The position numbers and the translations under genes were made by a program. From Eledone cirrhosa (lineage: Eukaryota), in contig OZ024740.1 in assembly GCA_964016885.1 (NCBI GenBank), positions 349,494,001 to 349,558,000 of the forward strand: 64,000 nt of DNA, written 5' to 3'. Positions 1-12,949 of this stretch are shown piece by piece. The notes under the pieces are model-generated. The model did no database searches and was not told the DNA's origin. It worked only from the letters and a program-made list of their open reading frames with translations. Each line of letters starts with the position of its first letter. The stretch's first letter is position 1.

Positions 1-563
1 GAGAGTAATTGTAGCGGAGCACTGTGTGACAATTCAGTTAAATAGGCGTTGGTAGTGAAAAGGTTGGGAACATATCTATTTATAAGGGAATTTCCTTTCT
101 TTGATTCATCAAAGTGACATTATTGAAAAAATGAGAGGAACAAATTCGTTTAAAAAGAATTTTAAAAACAGACCCTAAAATATGTTTTTTGTGCTATTTC
201 CAACTTCACCTTTTCTCTATATCCACTGTTTTGTATAGAACATTACTTCCCTTTTCTAATATATATATGATGTGAGAAAAACCACAGACCCTCCATCTCA
301 ACTCTACTTTTGAAAATCAGAAGAACTGCGAAACCAGTAAAGGAACCAAATAAATATTTTAAATAAGACTCCAGTTGCATTTTCGATTTCATCTTTCTTT
401 CTTTATACTTTCACTCGTGTAGGACACCTCGGTTATTTTTCATTTTTAAAAAAAAAACCTCACTTTCTAATATATATATATATATAGTGGTAGAACACTG
501 GAAGGTAATATCCGTAGGGTAGAAGTGGTTACACAACAGTTAGTTGTATAACCATGTCCATTA

Positions 564-601
564 CGAGCTGAGGATCCGCTAAGGTGAAACAATTGTTCTC
601 G
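564..601 (+). ncRNA. Minimal type I hammerhead ribozyme (PLE pseudo-LTR type) inside an extended stem at ~523-637
   Basis: cgag-CTGAGGA-tccgctaaggt-GAAA-caattg-TT-ctcg: stem I cgag/ctcg, conserved core, palindromic stem III. Flanks ggttacacaacagttagtt / aactaactgttgtgtaacc are complementary. Confidence 0.75.
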
Positions 602-634
602 GTATGGTTAACTAACTGTTGTGTAACCTAACCA

Positions 635-696
<62 letters not shown>

Positions 697-700
<4 letters not shown>

Positions 701-2990
701 AAAGTTTTATTTAAAATTGTTGGGTTACAACAAGTAAATATTTTATAACTGATATAAAGCACTCAACAAGTTTTGGAGTAGATATACGATATTAAACAAA
801 TGGAAACTATATTTATAAAACCATATTTATTTCATTATGCATATTTCAGGGATACCATATTAAAAATATGGCATGCCTTCTTCAGATAAAATACAATATA
901 TAAGCAGTTTTATAAATAAATTTGACGTACCATAAATATTGATCAACTTCCATGTGCGAAGTTGGTTTGGTAGTGAGATGTTTATAAATATTTAGTGTTA
1001 AGCACAGTTAGAAAGAAAGACGGAGAAAAGGAAGAAGTGTATGTAAAGAAAAATAGAGAGAGATAGAGAGAGATAGGGGAGAGAGAAATAGTGAGGAGGT
1101 GAAAAATGAGAGGCAGCTGAGGCAACAGATGAATAATAATAGTTCATCATACAAATTGAGAGAATTAGGAGGGAGGGAGTACTGTAATTATTTATTTATT
1201 TATTTAGTTATAGTGTTAAGGAGACGGAGAGAAATAAAAAATAAATAAAGAGAAAACAGAGAGGTAGAGAAAGATAGAGGTGGGAGGAAAAATAGGTAGA
1301 CCGAATAATAATAATTATATATGGGGAGGTGAGAGAAATAGGAGAGAAGTAAGAGAGAAAACAATAGAGAAGCTCGAGAGGCAAATTTCATCATGTATAG
1401 AGGGAGGAGAAGAAAGAGCTATATCTAGAGAGAGGATGATATATTTACAACTTTACGTTATGTCCTATCAATTTGAATTATCAATTCATATGAATTGGGT
1501 ATTATAATGTAAATATCAATATTCATGAATGAGACATAGATATATAATGTGTGAAAAATAATGACCATATGTTTAGTTTAAAAATTCTTAGGTCGATGTA
1601 CCAAAAACTGAGATAAAAACCTCAAAAAATACGGAAATACATAAGTATATATGTACTTTCCGGAAAAAGAAAGAAAGAGAAAAAGAGAAGGTCTTCTCAA
1701 GTTCTAGTTGACACTATAGACATACCCGTGGAACTTACGTGATCATCTCTGTAATTTCTTATTTCACATGAAAAAATTTTCCCTTGCGTTATAAAAGATT
1801 TTACTATATATATATACATACATACATACATATATATAAAAAAATATATATTAATATTAATATTCCTGCCCTCACATACATGATTATCGTTCATGTATAG
1901 AATATTATGCATATCTGTAACATATCCAGAACCATAGCCACACATACATATATATATATATGCGTGCGCACATAATATGTACATGGACAGATAAATAAAC
2001 AGATAAAATAGAATATACTCTGTAATCATTCCATATTCATATTAATACATATGGCCTTTGAACAGAGACAACAGATATCAATATATCAAAACGCTAAGAA
2101 TATTTTCATCACTCCCTAGAGTATCTAGGGCCGTAAAAAACACAGTATGCCCCCCATATCAACCACATAAATCTACCCTTCCAATTTATCTGACAATATA
2201 TTGCCAAGTTCATTAGAAGCAATCAGAATCAAAAAGCAAACAAACAACCAAAATTATTCAACAAAACTTATTTAGCAGAAATCATTTAAAAGATTTAGGA
2301 GACCCTGTTGTTCTAACAGATGCTCTTATATTTAGTATAGAAGTTTATCTAGCGTAAAATTTATTCAATAGATTGGTAGCATCAACATTTTTAGGGTAGT
2401 TTAATTACATCATTAGTATATATTTATGAAGAAGGTTTAAAAGATAAAGTTGAAGGAATCGAAAGATTTATCGTCAGGTTTCATAATTAATTAAATATCT
2501 TAACTAAATATACTACATTTTAAATTTATATTTATATTTAAACGTTGAGTTCAATCTATGTCTGCAGCAACTGAATAAATTGCTCCTTAAATTAAGGGAA
2601 TTTTTAGATTTTAATATAAAGAATATCTCCTCCACGCAGAGGTCACATGTCTCAGATGAGGAATTAAAAGGAATCCCTCTTGAGACTATATTCCAAAACA
2701 TCGAATATCCAACGTTATCATGTTTAAGTTGCCAGAGTAAGCCTGATAGTGAAGTTGAAGATTTTTTGTTTGGATCTGTGAAAGAATTCTTATGATTATT
2801 ATAGCGAAGTTTTAATTCTGTCGAGGTGGAACCAACATAGTTAAAAGAATTTAAGTTAGTTTTAACATTACAATTCTATATTATATTTTTAACTAAGCAA
2901 TTGTTATTTAACGGACATTTAGATTTATTTCTACAGTTACAGTTGTTTAATTGAATATTGTTTAGGCTATTATCGGTATTAAAACTAACT
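697..2990 (-). mobile_element. 5'-truncated Penelope-like retroelement: GIY-YIG C-terminus, long 3' UTR and hammerhead-bearing pseudo-LTR
   Basis: Minus strand 2960-2513 reads CNCRNKSKCPLNNNCLVKNII*NC..NYVGSTSTELKLRYNNH..TCDLCVEE..CCRHR. The segment 697-950 is homologous to 60125-60360 and carries a hammerhead. Linking the ORF end to the pLTR is inferred. Confidence 0.7.
830..891 (-). ncRNA. Type I hammerhead ribozyme in PLE pseudo-LTR
   Basis: Reverse complement: ttttat-CTGAAGA-aggcatgccatatttttaatatggtatccct-GAAA-tatgca-TA-atgaaa. Confidence 0.75.
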
Positions 2991-3029
2991 TAAATTCTAT
3001 TTCACAGCACCAATCCTAATACCTATTTT

Positions 3030-3295
3030 TTGCTGGACTGGCAATCGCTCTGTATAATCAGCTCCTGATTATTACTGGAATTCTATAAGAATCCAGCTTC
3101 TATAATTTTCGGCGGAAGAGGGAGTGCGTGGCTCGGATGATCGCCAAACAGCGTGAAACAGACTGTTAGCTTCTCTCCCTTCTCTCGCTGAAAAGAAGTA
3201 AATGACATAGTCACTATTTTAAAACCGATAGCGTATGGTCTTCAAAATGTTTTTAATTAAACAAACAATATATTGCCAAATTTATTATACATACA
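3030..3295 (+). mobile_element. PLE pseudo-LTR fragment with degenerate hammerhead (3130-3171)
   Basis: Homologous to 23185-23460. Motif gct-CGGATGA-tcgccaaacagcgt-GAAA-cagactg-TT-agc has core U4 mutated. Followed by (TA)n. Confidence 0.6.
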
Positions 3296-3630
<335 letters not shown>

Positions 3631-4134
3631 TATATTTATATATATTTAAGAAATTTGTGTGCAATGAGCTTTACATTTGATCCACTATCTTTTAGGAATG
3701 CATCTTCTTTTTTGACTAAATATATTCCCATTATTTGCAATTCTTATTTACAGTACGGTTAAAAGAAATCTTCCACATTTCACTCAAATAATATAAAGAA
3801 AACCTGGTGATAAAGAGAAAATCTGGGAGAAACAGAGTTGTGTACCTTTAACGTCACATGCTAAGGTAGACAACTCTGTGTTACAGCCTTGCTTTCGTAC
3901 GACGTATATGGTAAGGACACACCGAATATAAATGCATTGAAACACTTCGAATAACTGACATTATCCAAATAATTCATTGACAAAAACTCCCTCTAAGAAG
4001 CAACAGTTGATTGGAATTTTTGTACAACGTAATCAATGTATATTGAAGTCGGTTTCGCCCTTCGGACGACCTCCTTGTTTTTATCAAATCAATTGAAAAA
4101 GAAAACAATTCCCTATCTTTTAATATATAATGAT

Positions 4135-4640
4135 TTCTAGTATAGGCACAAGGACAGTAATTTAGGGGGGGGGGGGGGGAAATCGATTAAATCGACCCCA
4201 GTACGTTACTGGTGCTTTATTTTATCGACCCTGTAAGGATGAAAGGCAAAGTTAACCTCGGCGGGATTTGAACTCAGACCGTAAAGGACCGTAACTCTAA
4301 GCTGCAAAGCATGGTGTCCGACCCTCTACCGATACTGCTTATATCAATTTTTATTTTCATTCTAGTCAATCTTTTTGTTTGTTTTTGTTTTGGGTTTGGT
4401 TTCCAGGTACTTTATCTACACCAAACAATGATCAACATCATGTGGTGCAATAATAGAGCATCTGGCATGCTGTGTGGCATATAGTTACGTCCCTTTACGT
4501 ACTAAGTTCAAATCCCGAGTTTAGCTTTGCCTTTCATCCTTACGGGGTCAATAAAGTACCAGTAACACACTGGGGTCGATTTAATCGACTTCGTCCTTCC
4601 CTTTAAAAAAAAATGCCTGGCCTAGTGCAAAATGTACAAA
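4135..4640. mobile_element. Two divergent copies of the abundant tRNA-derived SINE (family A)
   Basis: Minus copy 4135-4340, plus copy ~4440-4640. B-box gagttcaaatccc and central gcctttcatccttacggggtc...aagtaccag. Confidence 0.8.
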
Positions 4641-4699
4641 CAATTATTATTAAAGAACGATTTCATCGCTACGAGCTCATCTCTAACAAGTCAATCTGA

Positions 4700-4880
4700 C
4701 AGCACTTCCATACTTATAGAATTTGTCTCGAACTGGCAGTGTCCCCAGTTAGCACTGGCAAGCCAGGATTTCTGGAAATTTTCGATTGTCGCCGACTTGA
4801 AAGTTCTCCGAAACAGACTAGTTAGTCCGATTTCGTCGACGCCAAGAGTTTCTCCGTAACCGTTGTCACTCTTACCCACA
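4700..4880 (-). mobile_element. Degraded L1/Tx1-type LINE fragment
   Basis: Nucleotide similarity to 24670-24805 (ttagcactg..ctggaa..aaacagact..tcgacgcc.agagt.tctccg). Confidence 0.55.
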
Positions 4881-5698
4881 CTAGTCCTCGAGTCAGGTCA
4901 CTCCTGGGTGCTACTGGTAACAGGTAACCTGTCACATGGTCGGGTTGTCGGTGACTAAATCGGCAATCCCACTAAGTTTGCTTGGTGAGGAGGGTGATTT
5001 TCGACATTCTGCGAGATGAAAAACAAAATTTTACAAAGGGTGCAGGAACTGACGTGAGTCGACTATCATTCAATTGTGTGTAGTGTGGATGTGTAAATAT
5101 GTATATGTTAATTTAATAGTAGCTTTCACTGGTTGGCAATAAAGGGTCCGGTGAGCTTTTTTAGATTTAGGTTGTCTCAGGCTGCAGATAACTAGATTGT
5201 GATCAGTTAAGAGCTCAGCCCCTCGTTTAACACGAACACCCAGGGATGTTTTTGTGTTGGAAGATGTTCATAATAGAGAACCCATCCCATTAACCTCCAT
5301 TAGATTTGGATAACCGTTCATTCCAATCACGCCTCTCCATGTTAGGTGGTCAGTGCAGTGAAGTCTCCCATTAGAATCTATTACTCAGTCTTAACTACAT
5401 GTAAAGCTGCAGTGATTTCACCAAGGAAGGATATGTATTTGGACTCTGTTTCGGAGGCATAAACTTGCGTTACCCACAAAGACCTTTCTTTCAGCCTAAG
5501 CTTCAAAAGACAAAATCCCCCCTCCCAATAGGATTTAGCACCGGAAGTAAACAAGAACCCGCAAATATATATATATTTCTTCATAAATACTGAAGAGTAA
5601 TGGAGCACACGAGTTTAATCTGAAACGATTGATCGGATACCATCATGAAACTTTGAGTACCGACGAAAACGTTTGTTTAGTTGCCATGTATTTTAAGT

Positions 5699-5699
<1 letters not shown>

Positions 5700-5777
<78 letters not shown>

Positions 5778-5966
5778 ATACATACATACATACATACATA
5801 CATACATACATACATACATACATACATACATACATACATACATACATACATACATGATGATGGCTGTCCCCTCGTTATCGAGTATGGCCATTGCACGAGG
5901 AGAAAAAAAAAAAAAATAAATAAATAATAATAATAATAATAAATAAATAAAAAGAAAAAAAAAAAG

Positions 5967-6053
<87 letters not shown>

Positions 6054-6200
6054 TACATTAATAACAATAATAATAATAATAATAATAACAACAATAATAA
6101 TAACGACAACAACAATAATAATATACATATACATATATATATACACATACACGCACACACATAAGCATATCTACACACACACACACACACACACACGATA
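5700..6200. repeat. Compound microsatellites (TA, TG, TACA, AAT, CA), partly inside the LINE 3' UTR
   Basis: Seen directly. Confidence 0.95.
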
Positions 6201-9200
6201 GCAACTAACAGCGCTGCCATCGAATGTGGCTTTTTAGCCCAGCGAATGATCTAAAATGTCTTGCACAGAGTCGGCAACCAAAACATTCACTGGGAATAGT
6301 CGGCTGTGGTTGGAGTTCGTGTACTTTTGCATGTCGCTTGAGCCCTCCTGCTGATTTACATTCTCTACCACATTTTTGGCAAGCATGATGAGTAGCATCT
6401 CCAACAGCAGCCTGGTAGTCAACCACTGGTCTTACTTTATGACTGCGAAGATGACTTTCGAGTCCAGCTTTGCTTAGGCAGAGTCTCGCACAGACGCTGC
6501 ATATCAGCACCATAGGAGGACCCTCGTCGTCTGGAAGTGCAACAGCAATTCCCTTCCTCACATCCCGCTTTACTTTCTCGTATGCGATTCGAGATGCCTC
6601 AAAGGCAACTTTTCCCTCATATACAGTCTTTCTCCATTTATTACGATCAGCAGCAACATTCTCCCATGTATCAGCAGAGATGTTAGCGTCTTTCAGAGAG
6701 GCTTTCAAGGAATCCTTATACCTCGTTTTTGGTTTATGTGGCGGTCGTTTTCCTTTAACCAACTCTCCATAAAAGAGTTGTTTTGGTATTCTAGAATCCT
6801 TCATCCTGGCAAGGTGATCACCCCAACGGAGTCGTTGCTTAAGCACAAGAGCTTCTATACTGTCACACATAGAGCTTTCCAAAATCTCGACATCACTGAT
6901 GTGGTCCCTCCAGTGAACGCCATGGACCCGTCTGAGACACATCTGATGGAAACGCTCCAATTGCTTAAGGTGGTGTCGATATGTGACCCAGGTCTCGCAG
7001 GCATAAAGAAGACAAGAGAGCACACATACCCTGTACACCTTTACATTTGTCCTCCTGCATATGTCTCGCCGACCCCAGAGTCGCCTTTCTAGCTTTCCGA
7101 AAGCATCACTTGCTTTCCTAATCCTAAGTGAGATTTCACTGTCAAGGTTGCTGTATCGATTGACAGTGCTCCCCAGGTAGACAAACTGATCAACCACTCC
7201 AAGTCATTTGCCATACACATAGATGTTTGGTTCAGTGTACTGCTTACCAGGAGCAGGTTGGTACATGACGGCGGTTTTCTTGAGACTGACAGTCAGACCT
7301 AGGGCAGTGCAAGCGTCAGAAAATGCATTCAAAATGTGCTACATATCACTCTCTGTGTGCGCTACAAGATCGCAATCATCTGCATACAAGAGGTCTCTTA
7401 TGATTGATGTAAATACTTTTGTCTTCGCAGCAAAGCGCCTGATGTTAAATATGCTGCGTGAGGTTCGATATCGGATGTAAACACCTTGCTCGCAATTCCT
7501 GAATGCAATACAGAAAACCATTGCAAAGTATATGGCAAACAGGATCGGTGCTGGAATATCCCCCTGTTTCACTCCATTTTTTGCTGAGATAGGCTCCGAC
7601 ATGTTACCCCCGACATTAACCCAAGCCTTCATGTCGTCATGGAAAGACCTAACTAAAGCAAGGAACTTATCAGGGCAACCAAGTTTCTGGAGAACCTTCC
7701 ATAATGCATCTCTGTTAACAGTATCGAAAGCTTTTGTCAGATCGACAAAAACCTGATACAGATCCAAGCCTTGTTCCATGCACTTCTCCTGGAGCTGTCT
7801 AGCTGAGAAGATCATATCAGTAGTGCCGCGTCCAGCACGAAAACCAGATTGACTTTCAGGAAGAACACAATCTGCAATGTGTGTCAGCAGGCGGTCCAGA
7901 AGCACCCTACATAAAACTTTCCCTACGACAGAAAGCAATGATATACCTCTGTAGTTCCCACAATCGTTCCTGTTACCCTTTCCCTTGTACAAGACCACCA
8001 TTACTGCATCTCTCCAGTCCTCAGGTACGGATTCATTAGCCCATATCCTACCAAACAAAGAGTGAAGATGTTGCAGGAGTCTCTCACCACCATATTGTAG
8101 GAGTTCAGCATGTATGCCATCCATACCTGGAGATCTTCCACTGTTCAGCTTCGAAATAGCCACTGCAACCTCCACAAGCGTCGGAGGTTCTGCGAGAGCT
8201 ACTTTCACAGGACTTTCTGGAATGAGATTGAGGAAATATTTACTGACGACAGACGGCTGATTCAAAAGATCATCAAAGTGCTCTCGCCACCTTCGTAGAA
8301 TTCCTTGTGAGTCACGAAGAAGTTCTTTGCCATCCTTGCTGCGAAGCGGTGTCACCAGAGAAGAAGACGGTCCATAAACCTCACGCAAGAGACTGTACAA
8401 CAGCTTTGTGTTATTGGAATCAGACGCAGTTTGTATCTCACCAGCCTTCTCACTCCACCACTGATCCTTCATCTGAGAAAGACTCCGCCTAACACGTGAT
8501 TTTACATCCCTGAGTTCCTCATGCAACGTATTCCTCTCCTGTGGTTTTGCCGTCAAGTAGCGTGACAGAGCACGCCTCCTATCAGCCAACAAGTCTTCTA
8601 TATGTACATCATTCTCATCAAACCAGTCCTGATGTTTCCTCTGCGCCAATCCCAGAACACGCCTGCCTACATCATAAACCGACTTTTTAAGGGTCGGCCA
8701 ATCCTCACCAAGATCTGCAGCCTGCATCTCTTCTTCCAATGTCCTCTTCACATTTTTATCCTTAAGACGAGCAGCATTCAATCTTTTGGGCAGGGCAACA
8801 CCAGGAGCCAGGATTTTACGTTTAGTGATTAGTTTCATTTTTGCGCGTACCAGGCGGTGGTCCGTCCAGCACTCAGCTCCACGAAGAACACGAACACACT
8901 GCACATCCTGTCTGTCGCGCATCCTGACTAGGACGTAGTCCAAAAGATGCCATTCCTTAGATGCAGGATGCATCCATGTGGTCTTGAATTTGTTCTTTTG
9001 TTGGAACATGGTGTTGGTAACACACAGATCCAGCTCCTCACACATCTGCAGCAGGAGCATACCATTGCTGTTACACTTTCCCACCCCATGCCTTCCGATT
9101 ACATTCCATGTGTTAAAATCCCTACCCACTCTAGCATTAAAATCACCAAGCACGATGACTTTGTCTGCCTGAGGGATATTTCTTAAAACACCTTTCAAGG

Positions 9201-9782
9201 CATGGTAAAAGGACACCTTTTCCTCATCGACAGAACTCATAGTTGGAGCATACACACTCACCAGGGTAGCATATCTTCCCTTGTCCAGCGGAACTCTCAT
9301 GGACATAAGACGCTCACTAATCCCTACTGGGAATTCTTCTAATTTGTTCACAAGCACAGTCTTAACAGCAAATCCTACCCCGGCCTCTCTTCTGGTTCCT
9401 CCATCTCTTCCTTTCTAGAAGAATGTATATTCTCCACAAAATTCCGTAAGATGACCATCTCCAGCTAGCCTCGTCTCAGACAAAGCCACGATGTCAAGAT
9501 CGTAACGTCGAAGCTCCTTTGCAACAAGAGCGGTCCTTCGTTCAGGACGCCCCAAGGAATCCCTGTCAAGCAGCGTACGTACGTTCCAGCAGCCAAGACT
9601 AAATGCCTTGTTTGGCTCTATTACAATGGCACGATGACGAGCGGGCCCAGGCTGTGATAACCTGGGGCCCCTGCCCTTATTGCCAATGATCTTTTTTGTT
9701 CCAGAACCTAAATTGCCAATTATCTCTTTTATATTGTTCTGGAACATCATTGAATTGAAAAAAAAAAAAAAAAGTAATAATA

Positions 9783-9837
<55 letters not shown>

Positions 9838-10140
9838 ACTATTAATAATTATTAATGCACTCGTGCAATGCCTGTGCGTGACGAATATTTTTAAAGTGAG
9901 GAAAGACTGTGCACTGAGCCAATCCCACTCTCTGAGCGACAGTAGCTATAACCCGAAAAGAAGAAAAGATCAACATCATCGGTAACTACTGAGCCGCAGG
10001 CTTTATGTCGGAGTTAACCCAGTTTCCTGAGATGCCTTCACCTAGAAGAATGCCCTGACAAGGGCTAGGGGTTCTTCACTCCCAGTGGTTTAACTGCGCG
10101 ATCGGGCATCCAGCCCGATTATTTCTATGTCCCCGCGCAA
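5853..10140 (-). mobile_element. Near full-length RTE-clade LINE with 5' UTR, single ORF and stem-loop 3' tail
   Basis: ORF described in the next feature. The 3' tail ATGGCcatactcgataacgaggggacaGCCATcatc at 5853-5900 is repeated at 53508-53555. The structured 5' UTR at 9860-10140 includes cctagcccttgtcagggca..ctagg.gaagg. Confidence 0.9.
6205..9750 (-). pseudogene. RTE LINE polyprotein: APE endonuclease + reverse transcriptase + three C-terminal C2H2 zinc fingers (1182 codons, 3 in-frame stops)
   Basis: WNVRTL, ALSETRL, VLGDFNARVG, LLDYVL, TDHRLV (APE); NYRGISLLS, FVDLTKAFDTV, GVKQG, LYADD (RT); CxxC..H..H fingers, the third ending in C. The three track ORFs share one frame, separated by TAG 9415, TAG 7339 and TGA ~7204. 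Confidence 0.92.
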
Positions 10141-10855
10141 AAAAAAAAAAAAAAAAAAAAAAATCACTTATTGACACATACGTACGTCATACACACACGT
10201 GCATACATATGCGCGCACACAGCAACACTCATACATACAAACAAACACACACACGCTACTCTACTCACTTACACACACACATATATATATATATATTACC
10301 GTCATTACTGATACAAGATTACAAGATTATGTCAACTGTTGACTTTCAAGAGTTTGTATAGTTGAAGCCGATCGTACTACAGTCCAGTATTATTATAATT
10401 GCTTTACAGCATAGAGTCACAGCCCTCCACGCTCTGAGCTCAAATCCCGCCGAGGTCAACCTTGCCTTTCATCCCCACGGAGTCAACAAAAGAGAGTACC
10501 AGTGATGCGCTGGGCCAGTCGCTGGATCTGTGCCAAAAGCAGAAACATTATTATTAAAGTTGTTTTCTTAAGGCCCGGTCGCTGGTGATGGTGATGGCGG
10601 CGGCGGTAGTGGTGGTGGTGGCAGTTGATGTTGTTGTGTTGTGTGCGTGTGTGTGTGTGTGTTTTGTTATTTTGAGTTTTTTTTTGTTTTAAATCTTTTG
10701 ATGCCGCTGTTGTTGTTGTAAATGTTCATTTCAGTTCATTCTGAAGCTGTTGTTGCTGTAAACATTAGTGCCGGTGTTGTTGTTGTAGATGTTGGGGTTG
10801 AAATCTGGTCGTTTGACTGAGTGATGTATATACACACATATACATACATATATAT

Positions 10856-11750
10856 TTGCTAAAAATCTTTTTTAGTAGCGATCATAGACGGCTAGTCTAC
10901 GATTTCCCGCCTTCACTATACACCAATGTATTTACGGGTCACTTTCACGACCTCTCAGACCTGTATTAGTTGGAGTGAGGTCATATATTTTGTCGTTCCT
11001 GGAGTTTTTAACCCTAGGACAGGAAAATGCTTCTCTGATGATCGTTGCTTTTCCATTAATATCCTCGTGATATTTAATGTTTTGCACCGTGAAACTGTAC
11101 AGTTAGGGCGATTTGAATAGGTAAATATTTATATTATATTTTTTAATTTTGATTAATTTTAATTGTATATTAATTTTGATTTATTTTTAAAAATTGGTTG
11201 AATTTTACTTGTTCTGCTTATCTTGATATTAAGTTCTGGTATATCAAATTATTACCATAGAACCACCTTAAATCATAGACACACTATATATTTCCGGGGG
11301 TACATTGTACCCTCAGATATATATTAACCTTATTCAACAATCTCCAGTATGTAGAGATAAATCTTTGTCGTTCTATTTAGTTGCTAAAAATCTTTTTTAG
11401 TAGCGATCATAGACGGCTAGTCTACGATTTCCCGCCTTCACTATACACCAATGTATTTACGGGTCACTTTCACGACCTCTCAGACCTGTATTAGTTGGAG
11501 TGAGGTCATATATTTTGTCATTCCTGGAGTTTTTAACCCTAGGACAGGAAAATGCTTCTCTGATGATCGTTGCTTTTCCATTAATATCCTCGTGATATTT
11601 AATGTTTTGCACCGTGAAACTGTACAGTTAGGGCCATTTGAATAGGTAAATATTTATATTATATTTTTTAATTTTGATTAATTTTAATTGTATATTAATT
11701 TTGATTTATTTTGAAAAATTGGTTGAATTTTACTTGTTCTGCTTATCTTG
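10856..11750 (+). mobile_element. Tandem (1.7 copies) 525 bp PLE pseudo-LTR/retrozyme-like unit, each copy with a hammerhead (11031-11108, 11556-11633)
   Basis: Unit restarts at 11381 with near identity. Motif ttct-CTGATGA-long stem II-GAAA-ctgtacag-TT-aggg. Flanked by TA-rich microsatellite. Confidence 0.8.
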
Positions 11751-11771
11751 ATATATATATATATATATATA

Positions 11772-12466
11772 CATATATCGGATATTGTTTATCGTGATCT
11801 CGTGGGCTGATATTCCGATTCTCGATTATTCTACTATATTTAGCTCTAGACCCTAGCTATTGGCCAGTTAATTTTATTGATGATTTCTTTGTTGGTCTTA
11901 TTGACTGATGAATAGCTCTTGTTTATTTTAACATGTCTGTTGAGCACTCTGATTCGATATGTGATAATTTGTATTCTTACATAATTTACACATCACCGAA
12001 TTCTTTCGCTAATATAAGGGTTCCCTCCCTTGCTGAATACCATGTGCGTTATTTGGCTTCGGGGCCCTTCTATACTGTGGAACGAAATTCTCGTTGATAA
12101 AGCTTTCCTCGTTCCTCTCTTCTCTATAAGTCTTATATATCTTTTATGTGGGCTGATAGTGATTGGATTAAGGAATTGCAGAAACCCAAGAAGCTAGATT
12201 TAACATCATTCTAGCGGGTCCGGGTAAGTTTTACATTCATTTAATTTATTAATTTATTGATATTTTATTTGAGTGACCCGAATCTTCCTGGCCGTTTATT
12301 TTCGGCTGCATGGGTGATTTTAGGCATGACCTCTATGTGTTGGTATTTTAACGATAGTTATAGCTCTGATTTTTCCAAATTATTGAGCCCTCTGCCACAT
12401 ATATCGGATATTGTTTATCGTGATTTCGTGGGCTGATATTCCGATTCTCGATTATTCTACTATATA
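11772..12466. repeat. ~695 bp unit bounded by ~68 bp direct repeats (pseudo-LTR-like partial tandem)
   Basis: catatatcggatattgtttatcgtg...ctactatat at 11772-11839 and 12398-12466. Flanked by (TA)n. Confidence 0.65.
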
Positions 12467-12916
12467 TATACATTCAACAGAGAGTAAAGAGTTTGACAAC
12501 AGGTCGATGACTTTAGTCTAGATAGGGTAATGACATGTGATGGTGGGGAGAGAGTGTAGAAGTTATTGTGGTGGCGGGGGAGAGTGCAATGTATCTAGTT
12601 CATTTGACCGTTTTCTTCTCTTTGCAAAATTTGAATTTTAGCCATGTTATATTGAGATGTAAGTAAATGTAAAATGTAAAATATAAATAAGGATTGCTCT
12701 GCTAAAATATACTAAAATATTTGTGTAACTTCCACAAACTTCTGTCGTGACATTCCCGAGTCCAGTGACTAACAAATTGTTGTATTTTGATGTTTCAGAA
12801 TACAAAAATTAATTAAAAACTTACCCCACGAAAAGACAGCGTGTGTTGTCCTATCTATAAGCTACCTCATCATACATACATACATACATACATACATACA
12901 TACATACATACATACA

Positions 12917-12947
<31 letters not shown>

Positions 12948-12949
12948 CA

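Noticed and set aside
170-480. Possible Helitron 5' ends (minus, TC-atatatatattagaaa); part is similar to 26575-26620
   Set aside because: No matching 3' hairpin/CTAG in the window; too weak to call.
6470-9186. Plus-strand ORFs over the LINE
   Set aside because: Antisense shadows of the RT/APE frame with no motifs.
9960-10140. HDV-like ribozyme expected at an RTE 5' end
   Set aside because: Hairpins are present, but I could not build the nested double pseudoknot; the extreme 5' end may be missing.
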